From an uncultured archaeon (GTDB lineage: Archaea; Asgardarchaeota; Jordiarchaeia; Jordiarchaeales; Jordiarchaeaceae), in the NCBI GenBank assembly GCA_964510585.1, contig CAZECW010000054.1:1-28593 (forward strand): a stretch of 28,593 nt of DNA, written 5' to 3'. Under the pieces are notes generated by a model that worked only from the letters and a program-made list of their open reading frames with translations, was not told where the DNA came from and did not search any database. Position numbers and translations under genes: made by a program. Positions 8,153 through 17,018 of the stretch are shown one piece after another; position 1 is the first letter of the stretch; every line of letters begins with the position of its first letter.

Positions 8153-8724
8153 CTAGTCTGATTCCTAATAGCTAGACGTATCATGTCCCTAAAAACTTTG
8201 TATACTCCCTTGCATTTTACGGCTGATGCGCCATAAATCGGGATAGAGCTGGGCAGTCCTAAATCCTGCCGGAGTTTTTCTGGTGTAACTGAGTTGGGCA
8301 AGTCCTGCTTATTTGCCTCGACCACTATGGGGATCTTGTTTTCTGTGAAGGCTATTAGCTCCTCGTAGCTTCTTATGTTATCCTTTAACCTATGTTCCTG
8401 TGAGTCAGCGATAAAAAGAACAACATCTGCGTTCTTGGCCACCTGTTCCCTAGTTGCCAGAAACCTCTTTTGGCCAGTAGTGGTGTGGATGTGAAATATA
8501 AAGCTATATGGGGGAAATTCTAGTTGGAAAGCTAAGTAATCCTCCCAAATGGTGCGTTCTTCGCTGGTTGAGACTTCGTAGGGTTGACCTGTTATGTTTT
8601 GGGGGAAGAGTTTCGCTATGGCTCTTAGATTCGTGGTTTTGCCTGAGGATGCTGGCCCCCAAAAGACGATTTTCACCTGTATTAGTCCCTCATTAAAATT
8701 GGTTTGCGTCTTGTCTTGTTCCAA
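8149..8724 (-). CDS. mglA: MglA-like small GTPase
   Basis: KIVFWGPASSGKTTNL, ERTIWEDY, HIHTTTGQ (MglA TVPGQ-type G3), DVVLFIADSQ, ANKQDL, GASAV. Confidence 0.9.
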   Translation of the reverse strand: MEQDKTQTNFNEGLIQVKIVFWGPASSGKTTNLRAIAKLFPQNITGQPYEVSTSEERTIWEDYLAFQLEFPPYSFIFHIHTTTGQKRFLATREQVAKNADVVLFIADSQEHRLKDNIRSYEELIAFTENKIPIVVEANKQDLPNSVTPEKLRQDLGLPSSIPIYGASAVKCKGVYKVFRDMIRLAIRNQTR

Positions 8725-8739
8725 CAGGTTTCTCCCCTT

Positions 8740-9315
8740 TTAGTCCTTCTCTCTTATCACGGCGGCGTCGAGTCGGTTCAGGACGTCCTCTATTTGCTCC
8801 TCGCTTATCTCAATGGTTTTCCTTATGTTTTCGTTGTTCTTTATATCTTCCTCGATTCTCTTCACGTACTGGGTCATCTTTGCCCTAATAAATCCTATAT
8901 TTGCTCTTTCATTGGCGAAGATTAAAAGTAGGAGTGATTTATCCTCGTTGATGTCGCTGATTTTGCAGACGTATAATTGCTTTGACTTGTACATGACCAT
9001 GGCGTTCTGGAACTCGTCAGCGCCCAAATGCTTTTCTACCTGACGTGCTACACCTGCTAGAGCTGCGCCGAGGGCTCCCGCGTTCCATGCGTTCTTTATT
9101 CTGAAGCTTCTAGACTTCGCCAGGGCCTTACCGTCGCTATCCACAAGCAATAGTCCTTCTATGTCGCCTTTTCCCAACATTCTTTTATAGGCTTCCAATA
9201 GGCTGTCGAGGGTGTCTGATAGTTTATTGGTCAAGTAAAAATGTCTTAATTTGTCTTCCTCTTCTCTTTCTTGGGTGTTAAACCAATCCTCACCGTTAGA
9301 CTGTAACTTATCCAT
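8740..9315 (-). CDS. mglB: Roadblock/LC7 (MglB-like) protein with N- and C-terminal extensions
   Basis: IEGLLLVDSDGKALA...GALGAALAGVARQVEKHLG...QLYVCKI...LLLLIFANERANIGFIR is a roadblock pattern. Lies directly upstream of the MglA-like GTPase. Confidence 0.85.
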   Translation of the reverse strand: MDKLQSNGEDWFNTQEREEEDKLRHFYLTNKLSDTLDSLLEAYKRMLGKGDIEGLLLVDSDGKALAKSRSFRIKNAWNAGALGAALAGVARQVEKHLGADEFQNAMVMYKSKQLYVCKISDINEDKSLLLLIFANERANIGFIRAKMTQYVKRIEEDIKNNENIRKTIEISEEQIEDVLNRLDAAVIREKD

Positions 9316-9392
9316 TTCTTTTTAACTCCTTCGAAATTCTCCAAATATTTTTTAAACATTTAATTTAAACACATCGAGTGACATTTTTGGGG

Positions 9393-10358
9393 TTAGAGTG
9401 TTGATTGTATCAGTTGCGAGCCCTTGTAGGTCCTCACTAGCCTCCTTATTCCCTTATCAATCCTCTCAGGCTTCATCCCGAAATCCATCAATATTCTTTT
9501 TAACTGGCTAGTGTTTGGAGCATTAAACAATATCTTGGGGGAGATGACTTCGGGCCTTAGAAAAGCTTCGCGAATCGGTTCCACATCGAAGGGTTTTAAC
9601 TTCCCCTCGGAAAACATGTTTCCAATGTCTCTGTATTTTTGAACAAGTTTCAGAGCCTTTTTTGCGCCAATTCCCCTAACTCCGGGGTTGAAGTCTGTAC
9701 CTACAAGAATTGCCAAATCCACCAGTTGTTCATAGGTTATATTGTTCTGTTTAAGAACCTCTTCCAAGGTGCTGCACTCCACAATATTTTCGCTGAAATT
9801 CATGTTTCTCAGAACAGCTCTAGCTCCAAATAGAAGGGCGTCATAGTCTTGTGTGAGAACATAATCAGCCTTGCCTATTTGCGTTAAGTAGGCTGCCTGA
9901 GTTTCTCCCTCCCCGGGAGATTTTATCCAGGGAATTCCCATAGAGGTTAAAAGCTCTTGGGTTTCACCTATTATGGTATCGTAGAGTATCTCAGGCGATA
10001 AGGATAGGGTTCTGGCAATTGTGTACTCCCTGTTTCTTTGCGCCTTTCTCAGATAGCCATACTCCCTAGCTAGAGATTCTACCAGATGTTCCCTTTTACC
10101 CTTTAGCCTTGGATGAGAGCCGTCAAACACGTATATTGGTTTAATATGTCGTTCTAGCAAGTTGATAGTTCTGTAAAAAACACCATAAATGTGGGAAGTT
10201 ACGCGCCCCTCTTGGTTGAAAAGGGGGAGATTTTGTCTTCTAATTTTGGTTAAAAACTGGAACAGCGTGTTAGAAGCATCAACGGCCAACCTGGCATTTT
10301 TCAGGTCACTTAAAGGAATAGGTTTGAAACTAACAATGGAGCCCAGTTTCACACCCAC
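9393..10358 (-). CDS. fen: FEN1/XPG-family 5' flap endonuclease (divergent, PIP box truncated)
   Basis: DASN, YVFDG, EGETQ, QDYD, GTDF and H3TH GIGAKKALKLV motifs. GTG at 10358 (MGVKL) preceded by GGAGGTG. Confidence 0.93.
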   Translation of the reverse strand: MGVKLGSIVSFKPIPLSDLKNARLAVDASNTLFQFLTKIRRQNLPLFNQEGRVTSHIYGVFYRTINLLERHIKPIYVFDGSHPRLKGKREHLVESLAREYGYLRKAQRNREYTIARTLSLSPEILYDTIIGETQELLTSMGIPWIKSPGEGETQAAYLTQIGKADYVLTQDYDALLFGARAVLRNMNFSENIVECSTLEEVLKQNNITYEQLVDLAILVGTDFNPGVRGIGAKKALKLVQKYRDIGNMFSEGKLKPFDVEPIREAFLRPEVISPKILFNAPNTSQLKRILMDFGMKPERIDKGIRRLVRTYKGSQLIQSTL

Positions 10359-10419
10359 ACAAACCACCTCCAAAAACAGACCGCATAGTTAAGAACAATT
10401 TTTTGGGCAGCAGGAATGT

Positions 10420-11778
10420 TCATATTACCTCCTCCTGACATGGCGCTTGCTCCTTCTTCTCCCCAACGGTTAAGTGATTGATTGGTAGAATTTGGGATAG
10501 CTCTCGCGAACTATACTTTTCTCTATACTTTCTCCTACGTATCAAATGGTACAAGTACTCTTTACTCTGCCTTGCGTCCACCTGATTCACTACCTGAGAG
10601 GCTGTCTCCCCCACACTCACAATGAAGATTGAGGAGTTCCAAAGTCCAATTTTTTGTGCCTCCATCATCCTCTGGCACTTTACTCTGGATTCCTTCAAAG
10701 CCTTCTCTATTCTTGGTTCCAGAATTAAACTCTTTTCCTGTGACAGCGAGGATATGGCAATCCATGATGCGGGATCATTTTTCTTGAACTTTTTAGTCAC
10801 CAATTTCTCGATCGTGTCCTTAAGCTCTTTTTCAGCTTTCCTTAACTCTATATCCACATCCATAACTGGCTGCAGAAGAAGAATATATCCTAGGCTTCCT
10901 TCACCAAAATTTTCGCCAAGCAAAATTCTATCTAGGACTGGTTTTATGTCTGAGTTGTATTCCAATTCGCTAATCTCGAGCTCCTCAAAATACCTTTCAC
11001 CCAGTTCGTGTACCCGGTTGCCATCGGGAGCTAGTAGAGGCAAGTAAAGGCACCGTTCGGCCTCCAGCTCGTCACATATCAATCTTGTATCGTATCCCTC
11101 CCTCTTCAGAATTTTCCTAAGACTTTGCATCTTCTCTCTCGCCAGTTTAACAGCCTCACCGAAATCTCGGGAAGTCTCCCAAACAGAGACCAGAGTGCGA
11201 AGCTCTTTTCCCCTCCTGTAGACCTCAAAACTGAGATTGAAGCCCTTCTCCCAGCAGGATGATAGTATGGAGCTCCCAGCCCCCCTACCAGTAACTTCTG
11301 CAAACTGGAAAACCTGGAACCCTCTCCAACCAATACTGTACACTGCACAATCATCAAGAATGTAATCCGCAATTAGAGAATTGGGAAACTTCCTCTTAAA
11401 GATCCAATGGAAAGACGCCTCTCTACGCCGCCTCATGAAAAGTGTGAAAAACGAAATCCCGGCAGCTTCAAAAATTATGGTGAACATTGGATGAACTCCA
11501 TAGTGAGACGACAATCCTACAAGAGCGTAGCAGGTGTTACCTACTGCCAGTACTGTCACAACTTGGCTGCTTCTGCTAAACTTCCTATCCAGCAGAAACT
11601 TGGCCAAGAGGTAAAAAGCAAAATAAACTGCTAGAATGTAAAGAATCCCTATGGGGCTACCATTAGAGCAAGCATCCAGCCCGGTGCGAATCAACCTAAT
11701 GGCAAATGAAACACCCAAAGCTAAAGCGCACACTATGAACCCATAATATATGATTTTAAGAAGCACGGCTTCCAACAT
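10420..11778 (-). CDS. Membrane protein (about 4 N-terminal TM) with large cytoplasmic alpha/beta region, function unknown
   Basis: Hydrophobic segments in the first ~115 aa. The start overlaps the stop of the RadB-like gene. Confidence 0.82.
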   Translation of the reverse strand: MLEAVLLKIIYYGFIVCALALGVSFAIRLIRTGLDACSNGSPIGILYILAVYFAFYLLAKFLLDRKFSRSSQVVTVLAVGNTCYALVGLSSHYGVHPMFTIIFEAAGISFFTLFMRRRREASFHWIFKRKFPNSLIADYILDDCAVYSIGWRGFQVFQFAEVTGRGAGSSILSSCWEKGFNLSFEVYRRGKELRTLVSVWETSRDFGEAVKLAREKMQSLRKILKREGYDTRLICDELEAERCLYLPLLAPDGNRVHELGERYFEELEISELEYNSDIKPVLDRILLGENFGEGSLGYILLLQPVMDVDIELRKAEKELKDTIEKLVTKKFKKNDPASWIAISSLSQEKSLILEPRIEKALKESRVKCQRMMEAQKIGLWNSSIFIVSVGETASQVVNQVDARQSKEYLYHLIRRRKYREKYSSRELSQILPINHLTVGEKKEQAPCQEEVI

Positions 11779-12517
11779 CCTTAAACGCTTTTAAAAGACT
11801 AGGACTAACTGGACTTAGTCCCCTACTTGTAATCTGATAAAAAATCTCCCCTCTAATGTCTAGATAATGGTTAATAATTTCGGCCTTAAGGACCGACTTT
11901 ACAACTGTCGTTGAAAAGCGCAGAGTAACTTGGGAGAACTTGTTTAACCCCATTCCCATCGAAGGAATATTCTCCCCTTCTATCCCCTCCATGTTTGATA
12001 TCACTTGGTTTAGTATGAGCATCGCTATGTTTCTTCTTCTTCTACACAGTCCAAGCATTTCCGGCAACTGTTTCTCCACCACCTCACGATATCTGGAAAA
12101 CTGTGTATCGGGTGACAATCCCCTCCGATACTGGGAAGCAATAGTGTCCACAACTATCAATCTAGTTCTGCTGGAAACATAGGCGTCCAGCACACTGATT
12201 ATTTCGGTTTGCTCATCTAAACTCTTGGGGACGATTAGGGTTATTCTCTCTAGTGAATCATCGTCCGGAAAAATCTGCGAGAACCTTTTGAAGGAGAACT
12301 TGTTATCACCATCAATGTAAAGAGTCTGGTATCCTTCCCGAGAAAGGTTTCCCGCGGCCTGCATGGCAAGCGTGGTTTTACCAGTAGCAGCCTCACCATA
12401 GATGTGACTAATCACTCCTGTGGGTAAGCCGCCTCCAATCAAATCATCTATTGGACTCTGGGTATGTACCAACAATGCACCATTATTTCTAACCCTAAGT
12501 GAACTCAACATCACCAC
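11756..12517 (-). CDS. RadB-like / Rad51-paralog RecA-fold ATPase (no N-terminal HhH domain)
   Basis: IDDLIGGGLPTG, Walker A GEAATGKT, LYIDGD, Walker B LIVVD, ILNQV. The start may be the ATG at 12511. Confidence 0.88.
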   Translation of the reverse strand: MVMLSSLRVRNNGALLVHTQSPIDDLIGGGLPTGVISHIYGEAATGKTTLAMQAAGNLSREGYQTLYIDGDNKFSFKRFSQIFPDDDSLERITLIVPKSLDEQTEIISVLDAYVSSRTRLIVVDTIASQYRRGLSPDTQFSRYREVVEKQLPEMLGLCRRRRNIAMLILNQVISNMEGIEGENIPSMGMGLNKFSQVTLRFSTTVVKSVLKAEIINHYLDIRGEIFYQITSRGLSPVSPSLLKAFKDVGSRAS

Positions 12518-12896
12518 CTCTCCTAACCAGCATTCCCTCCCTCTCCAAATACTCTAACCTTTTTAGAACCCACTCACCACTCAAACCCAGTTTTTCAGCC
12601 TTCTCCAGAATGGCTAGAAGCGGAACTCTCCCCTCCTTTCCCAGGCTCTGAACTATTTCTTCAAACCTCTCAGTTTTAGTACACATTCCTTCAGGATTAT
12701 ATTTTCCCCCTGCCTTCTCAGCCTGCCTTTTCTGAACAATTTTTGCCGCGGCTTTCCAAGAGCCTACAACGTCCTTTTGCAAATCTGGTGCCTTCAACTT
12801 TTTACCACAACGGGGACAGGACGGCTTCGCGCTGAGAGTGGCTGCAAAGTATTGATTACAGGAAGGGCACTCAACAACCATGTACTTTCTTCCCAT
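12495..12896 (-). CDS. Zn-ribbon (DUF1922-like) protein with C-terminal winged helix
   Basis: VVECPSC...PSCPRCGK, then AAAKIVQKRQ, then EKAEKLGLSGEWVLKRLEYLEREGML. ATG at 12896 has GGAG ~9 nt upstream; ATG at 12923 is the alternative. Confidence 0.78.
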   Translation of the reverse strand: MGRKYMVVECPSCNQYFAATLSAKPSCPRCGKKLKAPDLQKDVVGSWKAAAKIVQKRQAEKAGGKYNPEGMCTKTERFEEIVQSLGKEGRVPLLAILEKAEKLGLSGEWVLKRLEYLEREGMLVRRGGDVEFT

Positions 12897-12915
12897 TTTT
12901 CTCAACTCCGGATTC

Positions 12916-15123
12916 TCAATCATCTCCCCAATTCCAAATCTCCAATCCCTTCTCTTCTCTACGGATCTTGATGCGTTCCTCCAAACTTTTTCCAATTTTT
13001 TTAACGGTTTCCACGCCCTCCATACTTGCAACCTCCGCGACACAGTGTACCATCCAGTTTAAACTACCAATGACCGATTCTAGGTCACCTTGGGAAACGG
13101 CGTGAAGGGAGCTAGCCTCCCTGATGCTCTTACCATTAATGTAGTCTAGAATCGCTAACCCCATCACTTGCGGCTGCGGTCTACCATACTCCAACTCCAC
13201 TGCACTCAAAACAAGGTCTAGGAATTGGAGCTCATCATCAATATCCTCATACACCCTACTTCTAATCATAATTCCAGTTATAGGTTTAAGGTAGAGTCTC
13301 ATAATTAATCTTCCAAAACTGGTGGGTTTAAAGGTGCCATTGGTGGTTTCCACGATTAACCCTTCATCAATCAGTTTTTTCAGAAAATTATCTGCGTTGA
13401 GGCACTGCGAAATCAAACCCCTATAGGCAGGATAATTCCTATCTACAAATTGGGCGAGCTTAATCAAGTGTCTACACAACTTTTTTTCCTCTCGTTTATG
13501 GTAAGAGCAGGTACACTGGAAGTTTCCCTCCTCATCAAAACTACAGACATTCACAACTGGCTTCTTCACCGTAGCCTCAACCTTCTTGGGCGACACTTGC
13601 ACACTCAAATTTTCGCTGTGAATTCTACCCGCTGCCTTAAACTCACTTACTTCAGAATGATTCACCACAGCGTCCGGAATGTTAAGTGAAGTTACCTGAA
13701 CAAGCGCCTCAAGGCTTAGGTGGGGATTCTTAGACTTCTCATTCCTCCACCAAAATGTTTTTTCGAAAAATTTCAGTATATCCTCACTGCTAGCTTCCTC
13801 GCATTCAAATGTTCTGAGGAGTATTTGCTCCTCAAGGTTTGGTGGATAACCAATGGAGCTCCCCACATCATCATATTTAGGCCGCAGCTCCCCATTCCTT
13901 AACTCGAAATATTTTTTCCGTATCATAAAATGATCCGCATCTGAATCGCACAGCACCACACTGTAGCCTACACTATCATAGTTAGGTCTCCCCGCTCTGC
14001 CCAATATCTGGTGAAACTGATTAGCATTCATAAGTTCAACTTCAAACTCGTCGGTAACCATCTCCACCCGGTTGTAGACATAAAAGTCCCTCAAGATAAC
14101 CAGCCGAGCTGGAGCGTCGATTCCTGCAGAGAGGGTAGTAGTACAACACACCACCTTCAAAAGCCCTCTGCGGAAAGCATCTTCAACAAGCTCCCTGGAA
14201 TCATGATTTAAACCCGCGTGGTGAAAACCCACACCCGCCCTCATCAACTCAATCAGACGTTTAGAATAGTTCTTACTTTCAGCAAAACTTGAGAGTGTTG
14301 CCTTCTCCTCCTCGGTCAAGCAACATGCAACTGAATCAACCAGTTTGCGGGCTAGACTCTCAGCATCTCTCCTATGAGCGACAAAGATAAGAGCTTGACC
14401 ATTACTCTGAACAATTCTTGAAACAAGTTTCCTTATAGCTCCAAGTTTATCCGGCTCAACCAAAACATAATTCTTTAAAGGAACAGGCCGGATGTCTGAC
14501 TCTATCAATCGGCATCCCAACCAGTCCGCTACCTCTCTGGCATTAGCTATAGTTGCGCTTAATCCAATGAGCTGCACCCTCAGCCTCTCCCTTATCCTAA
14601 TTAACACACTTTCCAGCCTTCCCCCCCTCACTCCTTCGCCCATCACATGTATCTCGTCCACAACAATGACTCGCACATCGTAGAGCCAGTTGGGATTTAG
14701 ACGAAGAAGGGAGTCAAATCTCTCAGTGGTGGTGACCAGTATGTCTGCATCCTCCAAAATATCGGGAGTGTGGTGGAAGTCTCCAGTGGATATTCTGATT
14801 CTCAAATTCAAACCTCTATACTTTCTGGCGAGTATGCCGAATTTTTCTCTGGCCAGAGCTTTCAGGGGAGCTACATAAACCGCTTTTCCGCCTTCCAGAA
14901 CCCATTTTAAGATAGCAAGTTCCCCCACCAGAGTTTTGCCACTGGCGGAAGGAGAACAAATCAGGAGATCGGCTCCCTCAAATAAACCCTCCTGAATCGC
15001 CATTGTTTGAATGGTTCGCAAATGGCTTATGCCCTGTTGCTTGAGAATCTCACGAATTTTCTCAGGCACCTTACTCTCATCCAGCCTTAAGAAAACTCCT
15101 AGACTCTTTGAACCATTCCTCAT
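12916..15123 (-). CDS. hel308: Hel308/Ski2-like SF2 DNA helicase with an inserted SWIM-type zinc finger
   Basis: SPSASGKT, DEIH, GLSAT, GVGFHHAGL, TTTLSAGIDAPA, QILGRAGRP. Insert FQCTCS...LCRH fits CxC-xn-CxH. Confidence 0.92.
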   Translation of the reverse strand: MRNGSKSLGVFLRLDESKVPEKIREILKQQGISHLRTIQTMAIQEGLFEGADLLICSPSASGKTLVGELAILKWVLEGGKAVYVAPLKALAREKFGILARKYRGLNLRIRISTGDFHHTPDILEDADILVTTTERFDSLLRLNPNWLYDVRVIVVDEIHVMGEGVRGGRLESVLIRIRERLRVQLIGLSATIANAREVADWLGCRLIESDIRPVPLKNYVLVEPDKLGAIRKLVSRIVQSNGQALIFVAHRRDAESLARKLVDSVACCLTEEEKATLSSFAESKNYSKRLIELMRAGVGFHHAGLNHDSRELVEDAFRRGLLKVVCCTTTLSAGIDAPARLVILRDFYVYNRVEMVTDEFEVELMNANQFHQILGRAGRPNYDSVGYSVVLCDSDADHFMIRKKYFELRNGELRPKYDDVGSSIGYPPNLEEQILLRTFECEEASSEDILKFFEKTFWWRNEKSKNPHLSLEALVQVTSLNIPDAVVNHSEVSEFKAAGRIHSENLSVQVSPKKVEATVKKPVVNVCSFDEEGNFQCTCSYHKREEKKLCRHLIKLAQFVDRNYPAYRGLISQCLNADNFLKKLIDEGLIVETTNGTFKPTSFGRLIMRLYLKPITGIMIRSRVYEDIDDELQFLDLVLSAVELEYGRPQPQVMGLAILDYINGKSIREASSLHAVSQGDLESVIGSLNWMVHCVAEVASMEGVETVKKIGKSLEERIKIRREEKGLEIWNWGDD

Positions 15124-15139
15124 TCGGCATCATCACCAT

Positions 15140-16990
15140 CTACTCTTCAAGTAGACCAATGAAATCGTCCATGGGGCGGGCGGGTTTAAAATTCCCCGAA
15201 TACCTTTCAATTTGTTCTTGAATCAACTTTTCAAGCTGCATCTGAGACTCGTAAGCGGTTTTGCAAATCACAACCCCATTGCGAGAAACAATTATCTGCC
15301 CCTTACCATTAACAGCACGTTCAAGTATTCCTATGGCTGCCTCAGGATATCTCTGCACCAAGTCCTCAACAATACGCATCACCTCAGCACTCTGAGTAAT
15401 AACTAGAAAAACAGGCAAATCAGCCAGTACCCCCTTAGAACCAATAAGACTCTCTAGCCTCTCCTTAATAGCCGCATCAAAAACCATTTCTCCAATGACT
15501 GACTCACAACTCTTTGCGCCGCTGGGTTCCCCCAAATTTTCCAAAGTGTAATTCGTAATTGTTGAATCTTCTAAATTGGTCTCCATTTTGCAGCGTCCAC
15601 CCCTTCCTGACGCCTTCCCCTTTGAACCCCTCCTTTTATTAGTATCCTTAGTCGTCTTTTGGACTAACGTTCCTCTGGAAAAATGCTCATCCCCTAGTGA
15701 TAATTCATTTTCTCCTTTTAACGCGTCTAACTGAGCATCTAACTTGAGTGAACTTTTCCCAAAGATGGTGGCTTCTTTAAGGGACCTCAGTTTTTCAATA
15801 ATTCGCTGAGCGTACTCGTTGATTCTGGCAAACTCGCCCTCAGTTATTTTTGTGGGGCTTGCAGTTAAACTGTAGAAACGCTTAAATTCAACTTGATCCA
15901 GATTGGCATTCTTGAAAACAATTTCTACCGCCTTGAGGGGGTTACCAAACACCGCTTTTCCAGTCAACTCCTTGTATGCTTCCTTAAGGGCGCAGATTAC
16001 AGCTTCATTCAGGTGGCGGGCGCCATCTTCTAAACTGCCCTCTGCATAGTTTTTCTGAGCCAAGTTCCACAGAGAATCCACCTGGTGAGTATAAAATTCA
16101 TCACACTCCATTCCTGCAAATGCTGAGGATTCAGCTAACGGTTTAGGTTCGATGGCTTCCTCCAACAAGGGCTCTTCAGAAATATCTTTGTCTTCAACTT
16201 TCTGAGCTACGCTTTTTATTTCAATTCGGCCAAAAAGCGTCTCATCCATGATGTCTTCTGATAACTTCTTGATCTCACTTTGCTCCTGCTTCAAAATCCT
16301 CTTGAAATTGGCAACTCCCAACTCATGTATAACTAGTGACCCAGCAATAGTTATAACTATGAAAATAGAATTCAGAACCAGAAGCAGTTGAGATAACTCG
16401 GCGGGTAGATTGAGGAATGTTAGGGTTGGGAGTGCGATTGTGAGGAGAAATGTAATCATTAATCCATTTTTCGCTCTCATATAGGACTTTTTCAAGACTT
16501 CAAACTTGTCTGGTCTGAAAACTCTATCCGCCATTCTTGATATTATATCCTTCCGGATTTTGAGCAGGAATGGCAACTCAGATATTGGAACAACTTTAAC
16601 CGTATCTGATGAGTCTCCTTCATCGCGGGAGTGGCTCACAAGGAGTTTTTCGACAACTATCATAGCTGGCTTATCCATATAGTAAGGGACGTTCACACCA
16701 AAGAAATTTCTCAGTTCCAAGCCCCTTACTAGGGAACTTGGATTACTGGCCAAGTAATATGGCAAAACGTGGGAAACTTGGTATAACTGCCTTTTGTCCT
16801 CCGCAACTTTTTCTATGGTGCTGGTCTTATATGCTATTAGATCAAGAATATTGTACTTTTTTCGGCGTAGAATTCTCCAAGCTACACCAACTTGACTATT
16901 CTCAAGAGGCTTCACATTGCAACCGTTTTCCAAAAAAATTTCTGAAGCCTCTTTTTCTACAGAGGCTTCTCTATTTGTCTGTTTCTTCAT
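15140..16990 (-). CDS. Multidomain membrane protein (PD-(D/E)xK-like N-terminus, 2 TM, HEPN-like helical domain), function unknown
   Basis: ATG at 16990 (MKKQTN) with GGAG upstream avoids overlap with the HTH gene. Two hydrophobic helices (GLMITFLLTIALPTLTFL, LLLVLNSIFIVITIAGSLVI). Domain labels are pattern-based. Confidence 0.8.
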   Translation of the reverse strand: MKKQTNREASVEKEASEIFLENGCNVKPLENSQVGVAWRILRRKKYNILDLIAYKTSTIEKVAEDKRQLYQVSHVLPYYLASNPSSLVRGLELRNFFGVNVPYYMDKPAMIVVEKLLVSHSRDEGDSSDTVKVVPISELPFLLKIRKDIISRMADRVFRPDKFEVLKKSYMRAKNGLMITFLLTIALPTLTFLNLPAELSQLLLVLNSIFIVITIAGSLVIHELGVANFKRILKQEQSEIKKLSEDIMDETLFGRIEIKSVAQKVEDKDISEEPLLEEAIEPKPLAESSAFAGMECDEFYTHQVDSLWNLAQKNYAEGSLEDGARHLNEAVICALKEAYKELTGKAVFGNPLKAVEIVFKNANLDQVEFKRFYSLTASPTKITEGEFARINEYAQRIIEKLRSLKEATIFGKSSLKLDAQLDALKGENELSLGDEHFSRGTLVQKTTKDTNKRRGSKGKASGRGGRCKMETNLEDSTITNYTLENLGEPSGAKSCESVIGEMVFDAAIKERLESLIGSKGVLADLPVFLVITQSAEVMRIVEDLVQRYPEAAIGILERAVNGKGQIIVSRNGVVICKTAYESQMQLEKLIQEQIERYSGNFKPARPMDDFIGLLEE

Positions 16991-17018
16991 TTTTGTTCTC
17001 TCCCAAATTTGCGTTTTT

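Noticed and set aside
12897-13043. N-terminal extension of the Zn-ribbon ORF in the track
   Set aside because: It overlaps the helicase 3' end in another frame; better starts with an RBS exist at 12896 or 12923.
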